From positions 91,202,001 to 91,266,000 of the forward strand of contig NC_086104.1 in the NCBI RefSeq assembly GCF_963921235.1: a stretch of 64,000 bases of DNA, written 5' to 3'. A program made the translations under genes and the position numbers. Every line of letters begins with the position of its first letter. Within the stretch, counting starts at the first letter, position 1. Shown piece after piece: positions 37,294 through 50,787 of the stretch. Below the pieces are notes generated by a model, which had not been told where the DNA came from, searched no databases, and saw nothing but the letters and a program-made list of their open reading frames with translations. This DNA comes from Mobula hypostoma (taxonomy: Eukaryota).

Positions 37294-38268
37294 TACCTAG
37301 AGGTTCATCCTGGCAAGTAGCAATGAATTGTCTATATCAAAGTGCCAAAATTACAGCAACCGTAATTACATCTTCATGCCAGAGGAGGCGCCACAGTTCC
37401 TCCACCAGAAGGAGTGTATAATCTTAATTTGATAGGAAAGAGGGCATGCAAATTTATAATGGAAAATTGTGACAAGAAGGATAGGTTGTCTTAAAATTTT
37501 TATTATGTTACATGGACCGATAAAACGCCAGGGATATAATCAGAGGACTACTCACACGCCAGAAATGGTTCAACCTCAGTTTTCAATTAAATAGAATTTA
37601 ATTGATGGTGTAAAAATAAAATTGAGACAGCCACATGAGAAATGGCTGTTCATTAGCTGGTAGCTGTCAAAAGTGAGTTTTAAATGAATCTAAATTGTAT
37701 TCAGTCAGTGTGCACTGCTGATTCCTCAGTTCACAGGCAGAAGATTATATGTCCCAGCCTTCCAATTATCCAGCACTTGAACTTGTAAGGTCCTGTTGGA
37801 TGACTTGGCTGGAGAGCTGAAGTGTGAACAAATTATACAGAATCTCTATCACCCCATTCCTGCATCCCATAGAGAAGACTACATTCAGATTTAGATTCAT
37901 TTTATTTATCACAAGTACATAAAAACATACAGTAAAAAGTCTCATTTGTGTTCACAATCAACGCAATGCAGGGACGTTATACAGTGCAGAAGTTTGTAAG
38001 TCATAGTATTTATGCCTCCGTTTTGTTGAGTCAACCCATTTAGCTGCACTCTGCAGCTCATTCCTAATAGTAATTTGATTTTGCCTTTTGAGTGTTCATC
38101 CATTTCATTTTGGGAAGTAATTATTAAGACTGCTTCCAACATTTTTACTGGCTTAAGATCATGAAAACATAAAAACTTTCAGTTTGGAAAATAATCTGCT
38201 CATCTCCTTATAGAATATTTACCAATTGCTTTAGGTCCTTGTCTCGTGGAAAGGAAATTCCAGACTCC

Positions 38269-38487
38269 AAGCAACGCACACAAAATGCTGGAGGAACTCA
38301 GCAGGCCAGGAAGCATCTATGGGAAAAAGTACAGTCAACATCGGCCCAAAACTCAGTCCTGCCGAACAGTTTCAGCCCGAAATGTCGACTATACTCTTTT
38401 CCATAGATGCTGCCTGGCCTGCTGAGTTCCTCTAGCATTTTGTGTGTATTGCTCAGATTCCCAGCATCTTCAGATTTTCTCTTGTTT
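38269..38487. mobile_element. Penelope-derived fold-back element
   Basis: Near-perfect inverted arms. Centre CAGTC-CTGCCGA..CCC-GAAA-TG-TC-GACT at 38354-38390. Confidence 0.82.
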
Positions 38488-38629
38488 CAGAATCAGAATC
38501 AGGTTAATATCACTGGCATATGTCGTGAAATTTGTCAGGAAAAACTTGCCAGTTAAAGCAACCTTGCTTCAGTTTGTTCACTTTTCGGGACCTAGGTTCA
38601 GTAGACAGTGTTTATTGGCCATCTCGAGT

Positions 38630-39672
38630 TATCCTTAAGGACTTATGCAGGTTGGGAGAATGGGCAAGGAAGTGTCAGATGGGATATAGAGTAGGGAAGC
38701 GTATGGGCATGCACCTGACAGAAGGAATAAGGGCATAGTCTTTTTAAATGGGAAGAAAATGCAGAAATCAGAGGTACAAAGGACTTTGGAGTCCTTGAGC
38801 AGAATTTCCTAAAGGTTAACTTGCAGGTTGAGAAGGTGGTAAGGAAAGATAGTGCAATGTTAGTATTTATTTCTGGAGTACAGGTACTGGAATATAAAAG
38901 CCAGGATTTAATGCAAAGGCTTTATAAGGCATTGGTCAGACTGCACTTGGAGTGGTGTGAGCAGTTTTGAATCAGAATCAAAATCAGGTTCCTATGTGTA
39001 TATTGAACAGAATAAAAATTTTTCGGTCCTGTGCAGTAGCACCCACCCCAACTACCTACCCCCCACCCACCTACCATACCAGATAGTGATGCTCTCCACG
39101 GTACATCTAGAGAGGTTTTTCAGAGTTTTATTTTGATCCTTATCTACGGAAAATTGTGCTAGCATTGGAGAGGCTCCAGAGGAGGTTCACAAGAATTATT
39201 CCAGGAAAGAAAGGGTTAACATATGAGGAGTGTTTGATGGCTCTGCGCCTGTACTCACTGGAGTTTGGAAGAATGGGGGGGGTGAAGAATCTCATTGCAG
39301 TTTATCAAATATTGAAAGGCCTACATAGAGCAGATGTAGAGAGGATGTTTCTGAGAGCGGGGGAGTATAGGACCAGAGGGCACAGCCTCAGTAAAAAAAG
39401 GTCATCCCTTTAGAACAGAGATAAGGTGGAATTTCTTTAACCAGAAGATGGTGAATCTGTGGAATTCATTGCCACAGACAGCTATGGAGGCCAAGTCATT
39501 AGATATATTTAAAGCGGAGGTTACTAGGTCCTTGATTACTAAGGGCATCAAAGGTTAAAGGGAGAAGGCGTGAGGATGGGGTTCAGAGAGATAATAAATC
39601 AGCCATGATGGAATGGCAGAGCAAATGATGGGCAGATTGGCCTAATTCTGCTCCTATGTCTTGTGGTCTTAC
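38630..39672 (+). mobile_element. CR1 3' fragment with a small internal insertion
   Basis: ORFs DLCRLGEWARKCQM and LERLQRRFTRIIPG..LYSLEF; CR1 3' UTR. Confidence 0.82.
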
Positions 39673-39689
39673 AGGAAATAGTGAAGAGC

Positions 39690-41240
39690 CATCCTCCTGT
39701 ATCAAGTAAGCTTCAATTATACTGATGTCCAAAAAGAATGTAGTAACCTTCCTCAATGACTATCGTCCGATAGCACTTATGTCAACTGTGATGAAGAGTT
39801 TTGAGAGGTTGTTGGTGAAACATACCAACTCCTGCCTGACTTGGATCCACTCCAATTTGCCTACCATCACCACAGGTCTACAGCAGATGCCATTTCATCG
39901 GCTCTTCACTCAAACCTGGAACATCTGGGCAGTGATGTTGCATACCTCAAAGTGCTCTTTATTGATCATAGCTCTGCATTCAATACTATCATCCCCTCAA
40001 AACTAATCAATAAGCTCCAAAAACCAGACCCCAATACCTCCTTGTGCAATTGGATCCTTGATTTCCTCACTTGCAGACCCAAGTCAGCTCGGATTGGCAA
40101 CAACATCTTCTCTATCATCTCCATCAGCACCACCAGGCTGTGTGCTTAGCCCCCTGCTCTCCTTGCTTTAGACTTATGACTGTGTGGCTAAGCACAGCTC
40201 CAATGCCATATTTAAGTTTGCTGATGGCACCAGTGTTACTGGCCGAATCAAAGGAGGTGATGAAATGCACATAGGATGGAGATTGAAAACCTCTCACTCA
40301 ATGCCAACAAGACCAAGGAGCTGATCATTGACTATAGGAGGAGGAAGCTGGAGGTCCATGAGCCAGTCCTCATTGGGGTATCAGAGGTGGAGAGGGTCGG
40401 CAACTTTAAGTTCCTTGGTGTTATCATTTCAGCGGATCTGTCCTGGGTCCGGCATGCAAGCGCCATCACAAAGAAGGCATGGCAGAGCCTCTACTTTCTG
40501 AGAAGTTTGCGAAGATTCAGCATGACATCTAAAACCTTGACTAACTTCTATGGATGAGCGGTGAAGAGTATACTGAATGGTTGGATCATGGCTTTGTATG
40601 GAAACACCAATACCCTTGAATGGAAAAGCCCACAAAGAGTAATGGCTGCAGCCCAATCCATCACCAGTAAAGCCCTCCCCACCATTGAGCATATCTACAA
40701 GAAGCACTGTCGCAGGAAAGCAGCAACCATCATCAAGGTCCCCGTCATTCAGGCCATGCCCTCTTCTCACTGTTGCCAGCAGGAAGGCGGTACAGGAGCC
40801 TCAGGACACAAACCACCAGGTTCAGGAACAGTTATTATCCCTCAACCACCAGGCTCTTGAACCAGAGGGGATAATTTCACTCATCCCAACTCTGACCTGT
40901 TCCCACAACCTATTAGATGCACTTTCAGGGACTTCTCACCTCATGTTCTCGGTATTTATTGTTTATTTATTTATTTATCTGTCTATCTGTCTATCTATTT
41001 ATCTATTTTTTATTTATTTGTCTGTTTGTCAGCTATTATTATTATTATTATTTTGTATTTTTTTATTTTTGTATTTGCACAGTTTATTGCCTTTTGCACA
41101 CTGGTTGTTTGTCCGTTTTGTTGTGTGTGGTTTTCCATTGATTCTATTGTGTTTGCCATGAATGCCCGCAACAAAATGAATCTCAAGATGGTATATGGTG
41201 ACATATGTGTGCCTTGATAATAAATTTACTTTGAACTTTA
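39690..41240 (+). mobile_element. Rex1/Babar-type LINE 3' half
   Basis: [39 protein letters not shown] and FKFLGVIISADLSW; tail aataaatttactttgaacttt. Confidence 0.9.
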
Positions 41241-42726
41241 AACATTGGTCTGATGGTCTTTTGGAAGTGGTGATAAAGCCTCTTATAGCAGGACAGTCCT
41301 GACTGAAATGCTCCCACCAATTTGTTGGGTAGAGAGTTTCAGGATTGGGAACCAGTGACGATGAGGGACTGGAACTGCATTTCCAAGACAAGATGATGTG
41401 TGACTTGGAGGAGACAGCATTGACTCTCTCAGTGTGGCACTGAATGGATAATATGTTCAGGTGCAACTTGAACCTACGTATATGTTTGTGACTCAGAGAG
41501 AAAAATGCCTCTGATTGAACCACAGTTAACACAATAATGACAAATGCACAAGATATGTTTACTTTGTGCTACCTCATTGGCAAATTTAATTGTAACTAAG
41601 GCTTATTAGAGTTCAGCTCAGTCCTATTTGAAATGAAGTTTTAGTTCCAGTCAAATGGCAGGAGCTCATCTTTGAAGTTCATCAACTCCTGAATATCTGC
41701 AGCTTTCCCACCAATAAATCATCTGTGAGAACATCGTCTTTGTTCCAGCATTTGTTAGGATGACTGAAAGCAAATCTGGTTGTTTTAGCACATTGGAATT
41801 AGCCCGATTTCAGGTGGTTTTCCTGTAATTTTTCACAATCAGACAATGAAATGAGATGAATTAGAGGAACTTTGGCATTGAATTGAAATGCACTTGCAGA
41901 AAGTGTAACCTGCCTCCTCCTGGTCTGTCTTGGCCCTATTGCAACCTTACGATAGTGTGCACTGTGCCAGCTTCTGCAGGAACATTCAGTGCAGTTGCAC
42001 CACATGTCTTCCCCCGTACAGAATGCGTTGTGGAGTAAACTTCATGTATGCCTCCGTTCACGGAGCCACACCAAACACTGATGACACCTGCTTCTTTTGT
42101 TCCACCTCCTTCCTCCACCTTCTCACGGTAGGATTGCATCTCCAGTGGGATAGTTTCTGGTCAGATCTTAGAAAGATCACAGCCCCGCTAGAGTCCTAGA
42201 CTAACCTCTCCGATTCCATCTCGTTTCTTCAGGAAACAAGTAGATGTAATTTGGATCAAAGTCTCTGATCCTGGTTCTTTCATTAAATTGACACCATCCT
42301 TTAGTCCACCAAGCACCAATCCAATTCTAACCCCATTTTATTCTTCCAATCTGCCCACTTACTGCCCACCAGACTCTACCACTTTACCCACAAACGAGAG
42401 GCAATTTACAGCAGCCAATTATTATTGCACTCTGATACACTATTTTTATACTGTAATTTTACACTATCATTATTCCGTATTTATTATTAGTTAAGCTCAC
42501 TGCTAAGCGTGTTTTTAAACGTTGCTGTTGTAACAAAAGAATTTCCCACTCAGGATCAATAAAGTATTATTAATATTATGATTATTATTAACCTGTCAAT
42601 CTCAAAGAGGTGCTACACTTCCACCTCTATCCTTCGTTCTACTTTCTGAGATGCCACTTTCTTTTTTTCCTGTTTGTTTTTGTCTTTTCCCATTGCCTGT
42701 CTAATTAAGAAAAGCAATTTCATCAC

Positions 42727-42860
42727 GAACAAGAGAAAATCTGCAGGTATTGGAAATCTGGAGTTCTGCTGAAGGGTCTTGGCCCAAGATGTCGACTGTA
42801 GTCTTTTCCATAGAGGCTGCCTGGCCTGCTGAGTTCCTCCGGCATTTTGTGTGTGTTGCT
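42727..42860. mobile_element. Penelope-derived element with short inverted end
   Basis: AGTT-CTGCTGA-AGGG-TCTTGG-CCC-AAGA-TG-TC-GACTG followed by the family terminus. Confidence 0.75.
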
Positions 42861-43274
42861 CCTCATTTTATGAGATGTACTGGTAAGATTCTGTAATGGG
42901 TAATTTAAATGTATTTTCTTTGATGCATCATGGGTGAGATTGAAATGTTAAAAATATCGCCTTTACGTAAACATTTAGAACACATTGCCCTTTGAGTTGG
43001 GGAAACTGAAGCAAAATAAATAGCCAACAGAGGGAAAAATAATTTATTGGGCCAGAGTCAGAGTTATATAGCATGGATCCTTCAGCCTAACTGGTCTTTG
43101 CCCATCTAAGCTAATCCTATTTGTTTCTGTTTGGCTCATATTACTCCAAATCTTTCCTATCCATCTACCTGTCCAAGAATCTGGAAAATGCTGTTAATAT
43201 ACCCGCCTCAACTACTTCTTCTAGCAGCTCTTTCCACATATGTAGCATCTTCTGGTGAAAAAGTTGTCCTTTAA

Positions 43275-44140
43275 AGAATCAGAATCAGGCTTATTATCAC
43301 CAGCATGTGTCATGAAATTTGTTAACTTAGCAGCAGCAGTTCAATGCAATACATGATATAGAAGAAAAAGAAAAAAAAAACCCTAATAATACATAAATAA
43401 ATTATAGTATGTATACTGTATTGAATAGATTAAAAATCGTGCAAAAACAGAAATAACATATATTAAAAAAGCGAGGTAATGTTCACCAGTTCAATGTCCA
43501 TTTAGGAATCAATTAGCAGAGTGGAAGAAACTGTTCCTGAATCGCTGAGTGTGTGCCTTCAGGCTTCTGTACCTCCTACCTGATGGTACCTGTGAGAAAA
43601 GAACATGAACTGGGTGCTGGAATTCCTTAATAATGGACGCTACCTTTCTGATACACCGCTCCCTGAAGATAACCTGGGTACTTTGCAGACTAGTACCCAA
43701 GATGGAGCTGACTAAATTTACGACCCTCTGCAGCTTCTTTCGGTCCTGTGCAGTTGCAAACCATACCAGACAGTGATGCAGCCTGTCAGAATGCTCTCCA
43801 TGGTACATCGACAGAAGCTTTTGAGTGATTTTGTTGACAGAACAAATCTCTTCAAACTTCTAATGAAGTCTAGTCGCTGTCTTGCCTTCTTTATAGCTGC
43901 ATCGATATGTTGGAACCAGGTTAGGTCCTGAGAGATCTTGACACTCAAAAACTTGAAACTGCTCACTCTATCCACTTCTGATCCCTCTATGAGGATTGGT
44001 GTGTGTTCTTTCACCTTACCCTTCCTGAAGTCCACAACCAGCTTTTTCATCTTACTGACATTGAGTGCAAGGTTGTTACTGTGACTCCTGTATGCCCTCT
44101 CGTCTCCATCTGAGATTCTACCAACAATTCTCCACTATCA
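43275..44140 (-). mobile_element. Rex1/Babar-type LINE 3' fragment
   Basis: ORFs 43718-44050 (KKLVVDFRK, SSFKFL, KKARQRL) and 43509-43808; (GAATCA)n tail. Confidence 0.9.
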
Positions 44141-44146
44141 GCTTAT

Positions 44147-47100
44147 ATAACCATATAACAATTACAGCACAGAAACAGGCCATCTCGGCCCTTCTAGTCC
44201 ATGCCGAACTCTTACTCTCACCTAGTCCCATCGACCTGCACTCAGCCCATAACCCTCCATTCCTTTCTTGTCCATATATCCAATTTATCTTTAAATGACA
44301 ACATCGAACCTGCCTCAACCACTTCTGCTGGAAGCTCGTTCCACATAGCTACCACTCTCTGAGTAAATAAGTTCCCCCTCATGTTACCCCTAAACTTTTG
44401 CCCTTTAACTCTCACCTCATGTCCTCTTGTTTGAATCTCCCCCACTCTCAATGGAAAAAGCCTATCCATGTCAATTCTATCTATCCCCCTCATAATTTTA
44501 AATACCTCTGTCAAGTCCCTCCTCAACCTTCTATGCTCCAAAGAATAAAGACCCAACTTGTTCAACCTTTCTCTGTAACTTAGGAGATGAAACCCAGGTG
44601 ACATTCTAGTAAATCTTCTCTGTACTCTCTCAATTTTGTTGACATCTTTCCTATAATTTGGTGATCAGAACTGTACACAATACTCCAAATTTGGCTTCAC
44701 CAATGCCTTGTACAATTTCAACATTACATCCCAACTCCTATACTCAATGCTCTAATTTATAAAGGCCAGCATACCAAAAGCTTTCTTCACCACCCTATCC
44801 ACATGAGATTCCACCTTCAGGGAACTATGCACCATTATTCCTAGATCCCTCTGTTTTACTGCATTCTTCAATGCCCTACCATTTATCATGTACGTCCTAC
44901 TTTGATTAGTCCTACCAAAATGCAGCACCTCACATTTATCAGCATTAATCTCCATCTGCCATCTTTCAGCCCACTCTTCTAACTGGCCTAAGTCTCTCTG
45001 CAAACTTTGAAAACCTACTTCATTATCCACAACTCCACCTATCTTAATATCATCTTCATACTTACTAATCCAATTTACCACCCCATCATCCAGATCATTA
45101 ATATATATGACAAACAACATTGGACTGAGTACAGATCCCTGAGGCACACCACTAGACACTGTCCTCCAATCTGACAAACAGTTATCCACCACTACTCTCT
45201 GGTATCTCCCATCCAGCCACTGCTGAATCCATTTTACTACTTCAATATTAATACCTAACGATTGAACCTTTCTAACTAACCTTCCATGTGGAACCTTGTC
45301 AAAAGCCTTACTGAAGTCCATATAGACAACATCCACCGCTTTACACTCGTCAACTTTCCTAGTAACCTCTTCAAAAAATTCAATAAGATTTGTCAAACAT
45401 GACTTTACACGCACAAATCCATGTTGACTGTTCCTAATCAGACCCTGTCTATCCAGATAATTATACATACCATCTCTAAGAATACTTTCCATCAATTTAC
45501 CCACCACTAACGTCAAACTCACAGGCCGATAATTGCTAGGTTTACACTTAGAACCCTTTTTAAACAATGGATCAATATGAGCAATATGCCAATCCTCCGG
45601 CACCATCCCCATTTCTAATGACATTTGAAATATTTCTGTCAGAGCCCCTGCTATTTCCACACTAACTTCCCTCAAGGTCCTAGGGAATATCCTGTCAGGA
45701 CCCGGAGACTTATCCACTTTTACTTTCCTTAAAAGCGCCAGTACTTCCTCTTCTGTAATCATCATAGTTTCCATAACTACCCTACTTGTTTCCCTTACCT
45801 TACACAATTCAATATCCTTCTCCTTAGTGAATACCGAAGAAAAGAAATTGTTCAAAATTTCCCCCATCTCTTTTGGCTCTGCACATAGCCGTCTACTCTG
45901 ATTCTCTAAGGGGCCAATTTTATCCCTCACTATCCTTTTGTTATTAGTATAACTGTAGAAACCCTTTGGATTTACTTTCACCTTACTTGCCAGAGCAACC
46001 TCATATCTTCTTTTAGCTTTTCTAATTTCTTTCAAGATTCTTTTTACATTCTTTATATTTCTCGAGCACCTCATTAACTCCAAGCTGCCTGTATTTATTG
46101 AAGATCCCTCTCTTTTTCCGAACCAAGTTTCCAATATCCCTTGAAAACCATGGCGCTCTCAAACTTTTAACCTTTCCTCTCAACCTAACAGGAACATAAA
46201 GATTCTGTACCCTCAAAATTTCACCTTTAAATGACCTCCATTTCTCTATTACATCCTTCCCATAAAACAAATTGTCCCAATCCACTCCTTCTAAATCCTT
46301 TCACATCTCCTCAAAGTTAGCATTTCTCCATTAAAAAATCTCGACCCTGGGTCCAGTCCTATCCTTCTCCATAATTATATTGAAACTAATGGCATTGTGA
46401 TCACTGGACCTGAAGTGCTCCCCAACACATACTCTGTCACCTGACCTATCTCATTCTCTAACAGGAGATCCAACACTGCCCCTTCTCTAGTTGGTACCTC
46501 TATGTATTGCCGCAAAAAACTATCCTGCACACATTTTACAAACTCCAAACCATCCAACCCTTTTACAGAATGGGTTTCCCAGTCTATGTGTGGAAAATTA
46601 AAATTTCCCACAATCACAACCTTGTGCTTACTACAAATATCTGCTATCTCCTTACAAATCTGTTCCTTCAATTCTCGCTCTCTATTAGGTGGTCTATAAT
46701 ACACCCCTATAAGCATTACTACACCTTTCCCATTCCTCAATTCCACCCAAATAGCCTCCCTAGACGAGTCCTCTTATCTATCCTGCCAAAGTACCGCTGT
46801 AATATTTTCTCTGACAAGCAATGCAACACCTCCCCTTCTTGCCCCTCCGATTATATCACACTTGTAGCAATGAAATCCAGGAATATTTAGTTTCCAATCA
46901 CACCCCTCCTGCAACCATGTTTCACTAATAGCTACAACATCATATTTCCAGGTATTAATCCATGCTCTAAGCTCATCCACCTTTCTTACAATGCTCCTAG
47001 CATTAAAATAGATGCAATTAAGATACTCTCCACCTCTTACTCTCTGTTTATCCCTAATGGTGCAAAAAACTTTGTTATCTTTTTCTTCCTTCTCCCCTAC

Positions 47101-47319
47101 ATCTTCGGTCTGAGTGCTCCCGTTCTCTGTCCCCTGCCTATCCTCCCTCACACACTGTCTACTAGCTTTCTCTATTTGTGAACTAACCTCCTCTCTCGTA
47201 GTCCCTTCAATTTGATTCCTACCCCCCAACCATTCTAGTTTAAAGTCTCCCCAGTAGCCTTCGCACATATCCCCGCCAGGATACTGGTCCCCCTAGGGTT
47301 CAAGTGCAACCCGTCCTCT
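44147..47319 (-). mobile_element. Young CR1: ORF1 C-terminus plus nearly complete but disrupted ORF2 (APE and RT)
   Basis: ORF1 end DGLHLNPRGTSILAGICAKATGETLN* (SGNH-esterase-like DxxH). APE motifs FNARS, ISETWL, GGVALLV, GVYYRPP and GNFNFP. RT ORF 44752-46134 with YMDFSKAFD, GVPQGS and YEDD; several stops and frameshifts. Confidence 0.95.
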
Positions 47320-47474
47320 TTTAAGTCCATGTTCTCTTGTTCTTGAAGTTCCAGTTCTGGGAAAAAACTGTATGCATTGACTATCTATGCCCCTCAGGAT
47401 TTTACCATCCTCTATAAGATCGTCCTTTATTTTTCTTACACTGCAGTGAAAAAAGCCCCAAACTGCTTAACCTC

Positions 47475-50400
47475 TGTTGGAAAAAGTAGAGGAGGCTTGC
47501 CCAAACACAGAGCAGCTGAGACAATTTTGCAGTGAGCGATCGCTTTAATAATAAACTGTTAAATGACAGGTTGCAAGACTCAATGCAGAATCTTCTTCCC
47601 TGTGGAAGGATTCTAGGCAGCGAAACATGGCAGAAACTTCTCCACAGAGGATAAACTCACTGAAGTGTGGAAGAGGGAGTGAAAGGAAGTGAATCACATG
47701 TTGAACAACCAGATCCCCCACCTCAATGCACGATGATGTTTGGGGAGGACAATGAAGTGGGTCGCTTTGCAGAATCTGTTCACCACTGATCACCATGGCC
47801 CCATCGAAAGGTGGCAAACCTATGATAAAATCCACAATGGCAATGTGTGACCATGGGCATTGAAGGTCTGGTAGGAGCCACAGGAGCCTAGAGAGTTGCT
47901 GTTTGGGGGAAGCAGACTGGGCGCATTGGGGGCAGGCAGTGACGAACCTGACATATATCCGCGATCATGGTGGGCCACCGGAACCAGAGTTGCAGAAAAT
48001 CTAGGGTTCATCGTGCACCTGGATGGTGAGGAGTGGGCCCACTGGAGTTGCTCAGAGCACACGGCCACTGGCACGTACATGCGGTTGTCGGGTGTGTTGG
48101 CCAGAGCAGGCTCATGCTGGAGGGCCTGGGCGGATCCGATTCTCAACATCCCAGATAATAGGGGTGAGGATCCACGAAGACGAGATGTTAGGCTGAGGGT
48201 TGGTCCATGGATGCTGCCCGACCTGCTGAGTTCCTCCAGCGTGTTGTGAGTGAGGATTGATCTCTGTTTCAGCTCAGTCGAACTGTTGGGAAAGGGCATC
48301 CGCCTCGGTGTTCTTGGAGCTAGGTCAGTAGGAGACAGCGAAGTTGAATAGCTCAAAGAAGGGAGCCCAGCAAGCCTGCTGAATGGATATGAGGTTCTGG
48401 TGGTGGGTCTAGGTCAGGAAAGTCCCAGTGTTTCCCATCAGTCAATGTCTCCATTCATCCAAAGCCCATTCAATGGTGAGTAGGTCTCCGTTGCCTACTC
48501 CATAACGACACCGTGTAGGGCTGAACGTGTAAGAAGAGGGCACAAGGGTATGCTTTTCCGTCCAGCCCTCTCTGGGAGAGGATGGCCCCAGCATCCACAT
48601 CAGATGCGTCCAGATCCAGAGGGGTTCAGATGGCCAAGTATTCATAGTGGCCAGTGGGTGTTACGAACGTTGTTTTGCAATCATCCCCCTGGCGGGTGTG
48701 GATCGGGTTGTACGCACTCTGCAGACCCAGTTTGGTGAAGGTCTGGTCCCTGGGGAACATTTTGAATGTAATATTCATCAAGCAGAGAGGGTAGCAGTTC
48801 TTAACAGTGATTTTTTTTGGAGTCCATAATGGTCGATGTAACACAGAGATCCCCATCTTTCTCTATGATGAAGAAGAATTGTGTAAAGGTTGGGAACTGA
48901 GATGTTCTAATGAAGCCACGCTGTAATACTTCGGTGATAGAGTCAGTCATGGCTTGGATCTCAGGAGGGGAGCGGAAGAACAGATGTCCTGGAGGACAGG
49001 TGGTGCCTGGGAGGAGATTGATCAGGCAGTCATGAAACCTGTAAGGCAGCAGAGTGCAGGCTTCCTTTTTGCTGAAGGTGATGGTATTCCTGTGGGAGTT
49101 TGGTAAAATTGAAGTCTTCTTCCGTCCCCACAGATTTACGATGTGAATTCAACTGGGGCTGCAGGGAGGCGGGCCCCCAACTCAGCAGTAAACTGGATGA
49201 CCAAGCCAAGTGCAGGTCGTGAGTGGAGAGCCAGGGTAGCCCAAGATGAGAGAAGTATTGGGTAAGTTGATGAAAAGGAATTGGATGGGCTCGCGACGTC
49301 TCCAATGCTCACGTGCACAGGCTGTGTCTGTGCCCTGCCCATTCTAGACCCCAAGAGATGTCCGTCAATGGCCATGGTGCAGAACAGGTGAGAAGTAGGC
49401 GTAGAGAATGCAGGCTGCACATACAGAGTCCAGTCGAGAACGTTGCCTGTTGTGCTGGAGCCTCCAGAGCCTCCAGTGCGCCTAGAGCTGTTGGGGTGTG
49501 GAGAAGGCCAGAAAGAGGGAGTCAGGCTATGGTGCTGGAATGAGGGTCCTGGGGGAGCTTACCAGATAGAAGGCCCCTCATCTCTTCTTGGTGGTGCTAT
49601 TTTCTGGGACGCAGTGGGTGATCAACTGCTCCACAGTAAGTGCACAAGTTGTTTCTCCACCAATGCTTATGCTTTTGTGGGGACAGTTAAGGGAGCCCTA
49701 GCTGACTGCATGCATTCTAGAGGCATAGCTTATGAGAGCCCTGCAGCCTGAAATGGTTCTAGGAACGGAACTGGGGTCCTGGTTGGTGATCTAGAGGGTC
49801 TTGCCATAGACCCCTGTCAACACAGAGAGCCAGAATATTGAGGCTTTTGAGGTTAGTGGGCATCCCCCAGGTGGGTAGCTCATCTTCTAAGCACTCCGAG
49901 AGGCCGTGATGGTAATGGGCCAGCAGAAATTCTGTAATCTAGCCACACTCCGGCACGAGGGTCCTGAACTCCATAGTGTAATCCAGCACCAAGTGTGTAC
50001 CTTGATGCAGGGTCAGTATCCGATTCACTGCTTCCCTTCCACTTCTGGGATGGTCGAAAACCTGGTGCATCTCAGTGGTGAATTCCTCATATTTACTGCA
50101 GATAGGTTCGATTGTCCCACTTAGCAGCAGCTCAGGTTACAGGTTATCCTGTCAAGAGAGGGCTGATGAAGGCAATCTTGGTTTAATCCATATAATACAG
50201 AGACGGCTGAAGATTGAAGTGTGAGATGCTCTAGGATAGGAGTTGAAGTATTGGGTTGGGGATCCATCAAAGTATTCAGGCACTGGAATGTGAGCCTCCG
50301 AGAGAGGAGGTTGACTGCTGTGGGGTTGCTGTAATGAGACGGAGAGTTGGTAGAGAGTGGCAAGCAGATGGTCAATGGCTTCCTACTGCTTCTGGTTTGT

Positions 50401-50787
50401 GTACTTGGGTCAGCAGACAATTTCCTTTAGGCAGGCAAACTCTGCTGTGTCATCTGCTGGTCACCCATCCTGTCAGGAACTGGAGAGGAGGCTTGACCCA
50501 AATGCAGAGCAGTGAAGACGATTTAGCAGTGAACAATCTCTTTAATAATGAACTGTAATTATAACAAGCCAGGAGGGGGTCACAAAACAAGAGAGAACAG
50601 ATACTTAACACGGCAAGGCAGCAAGGTAACTGAAGGTTAGGAGCAACTAGTTGAGGCTGGTGGTTCATATGAGTGAACCAGGACTGTGGATGACAGCTGG
50701 GTTTAAATAGGCTGCAGGTGATGAGTTGAAAACGAGTGGCAGGTGACTCCTGTTAGCTGGGAGGAGTCTGCATGTGGAGGTCTGACA
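47475..50787 (-). mobile_element. Internally deleted Ty3/Gypsy (sushi-like) LTR retrotransposon
   Basis: Domain order on the minus strand: gag remnant, protease region (LPWLSTHD), RT N-half (ITVKNCYPL..FTKLGLQSAYN..KTTFVTPTGHYEY), RNase H (YGVGNGDLL..ALDEWRH), integrase start (PWSHIA..DFIIGLP). LTR at 50471-50787. Confidence 0.88.
50471..50787 (-). repeat. 5' LTR of the Gypsy element (317 bp)
   Basis: Bounded by the perfect inverted repeat TGTCAG...CTGACA; its end is homologous to 47475-47560. Confidence 0.82.

Noticed and set aside
40685-41532. Hydrophobic, membrane-protein-like ORFs
   Set aside because: Translation of the T-rich low-complexity 3' UTR of a Rex-type LINE.
44752-46134. Functional or domesticated reverse transcriptase gene
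   Set aside because: Part of a CR1 ORF2 broken by stops and frameshifts on both sides; its N-terminus comes from another frame.
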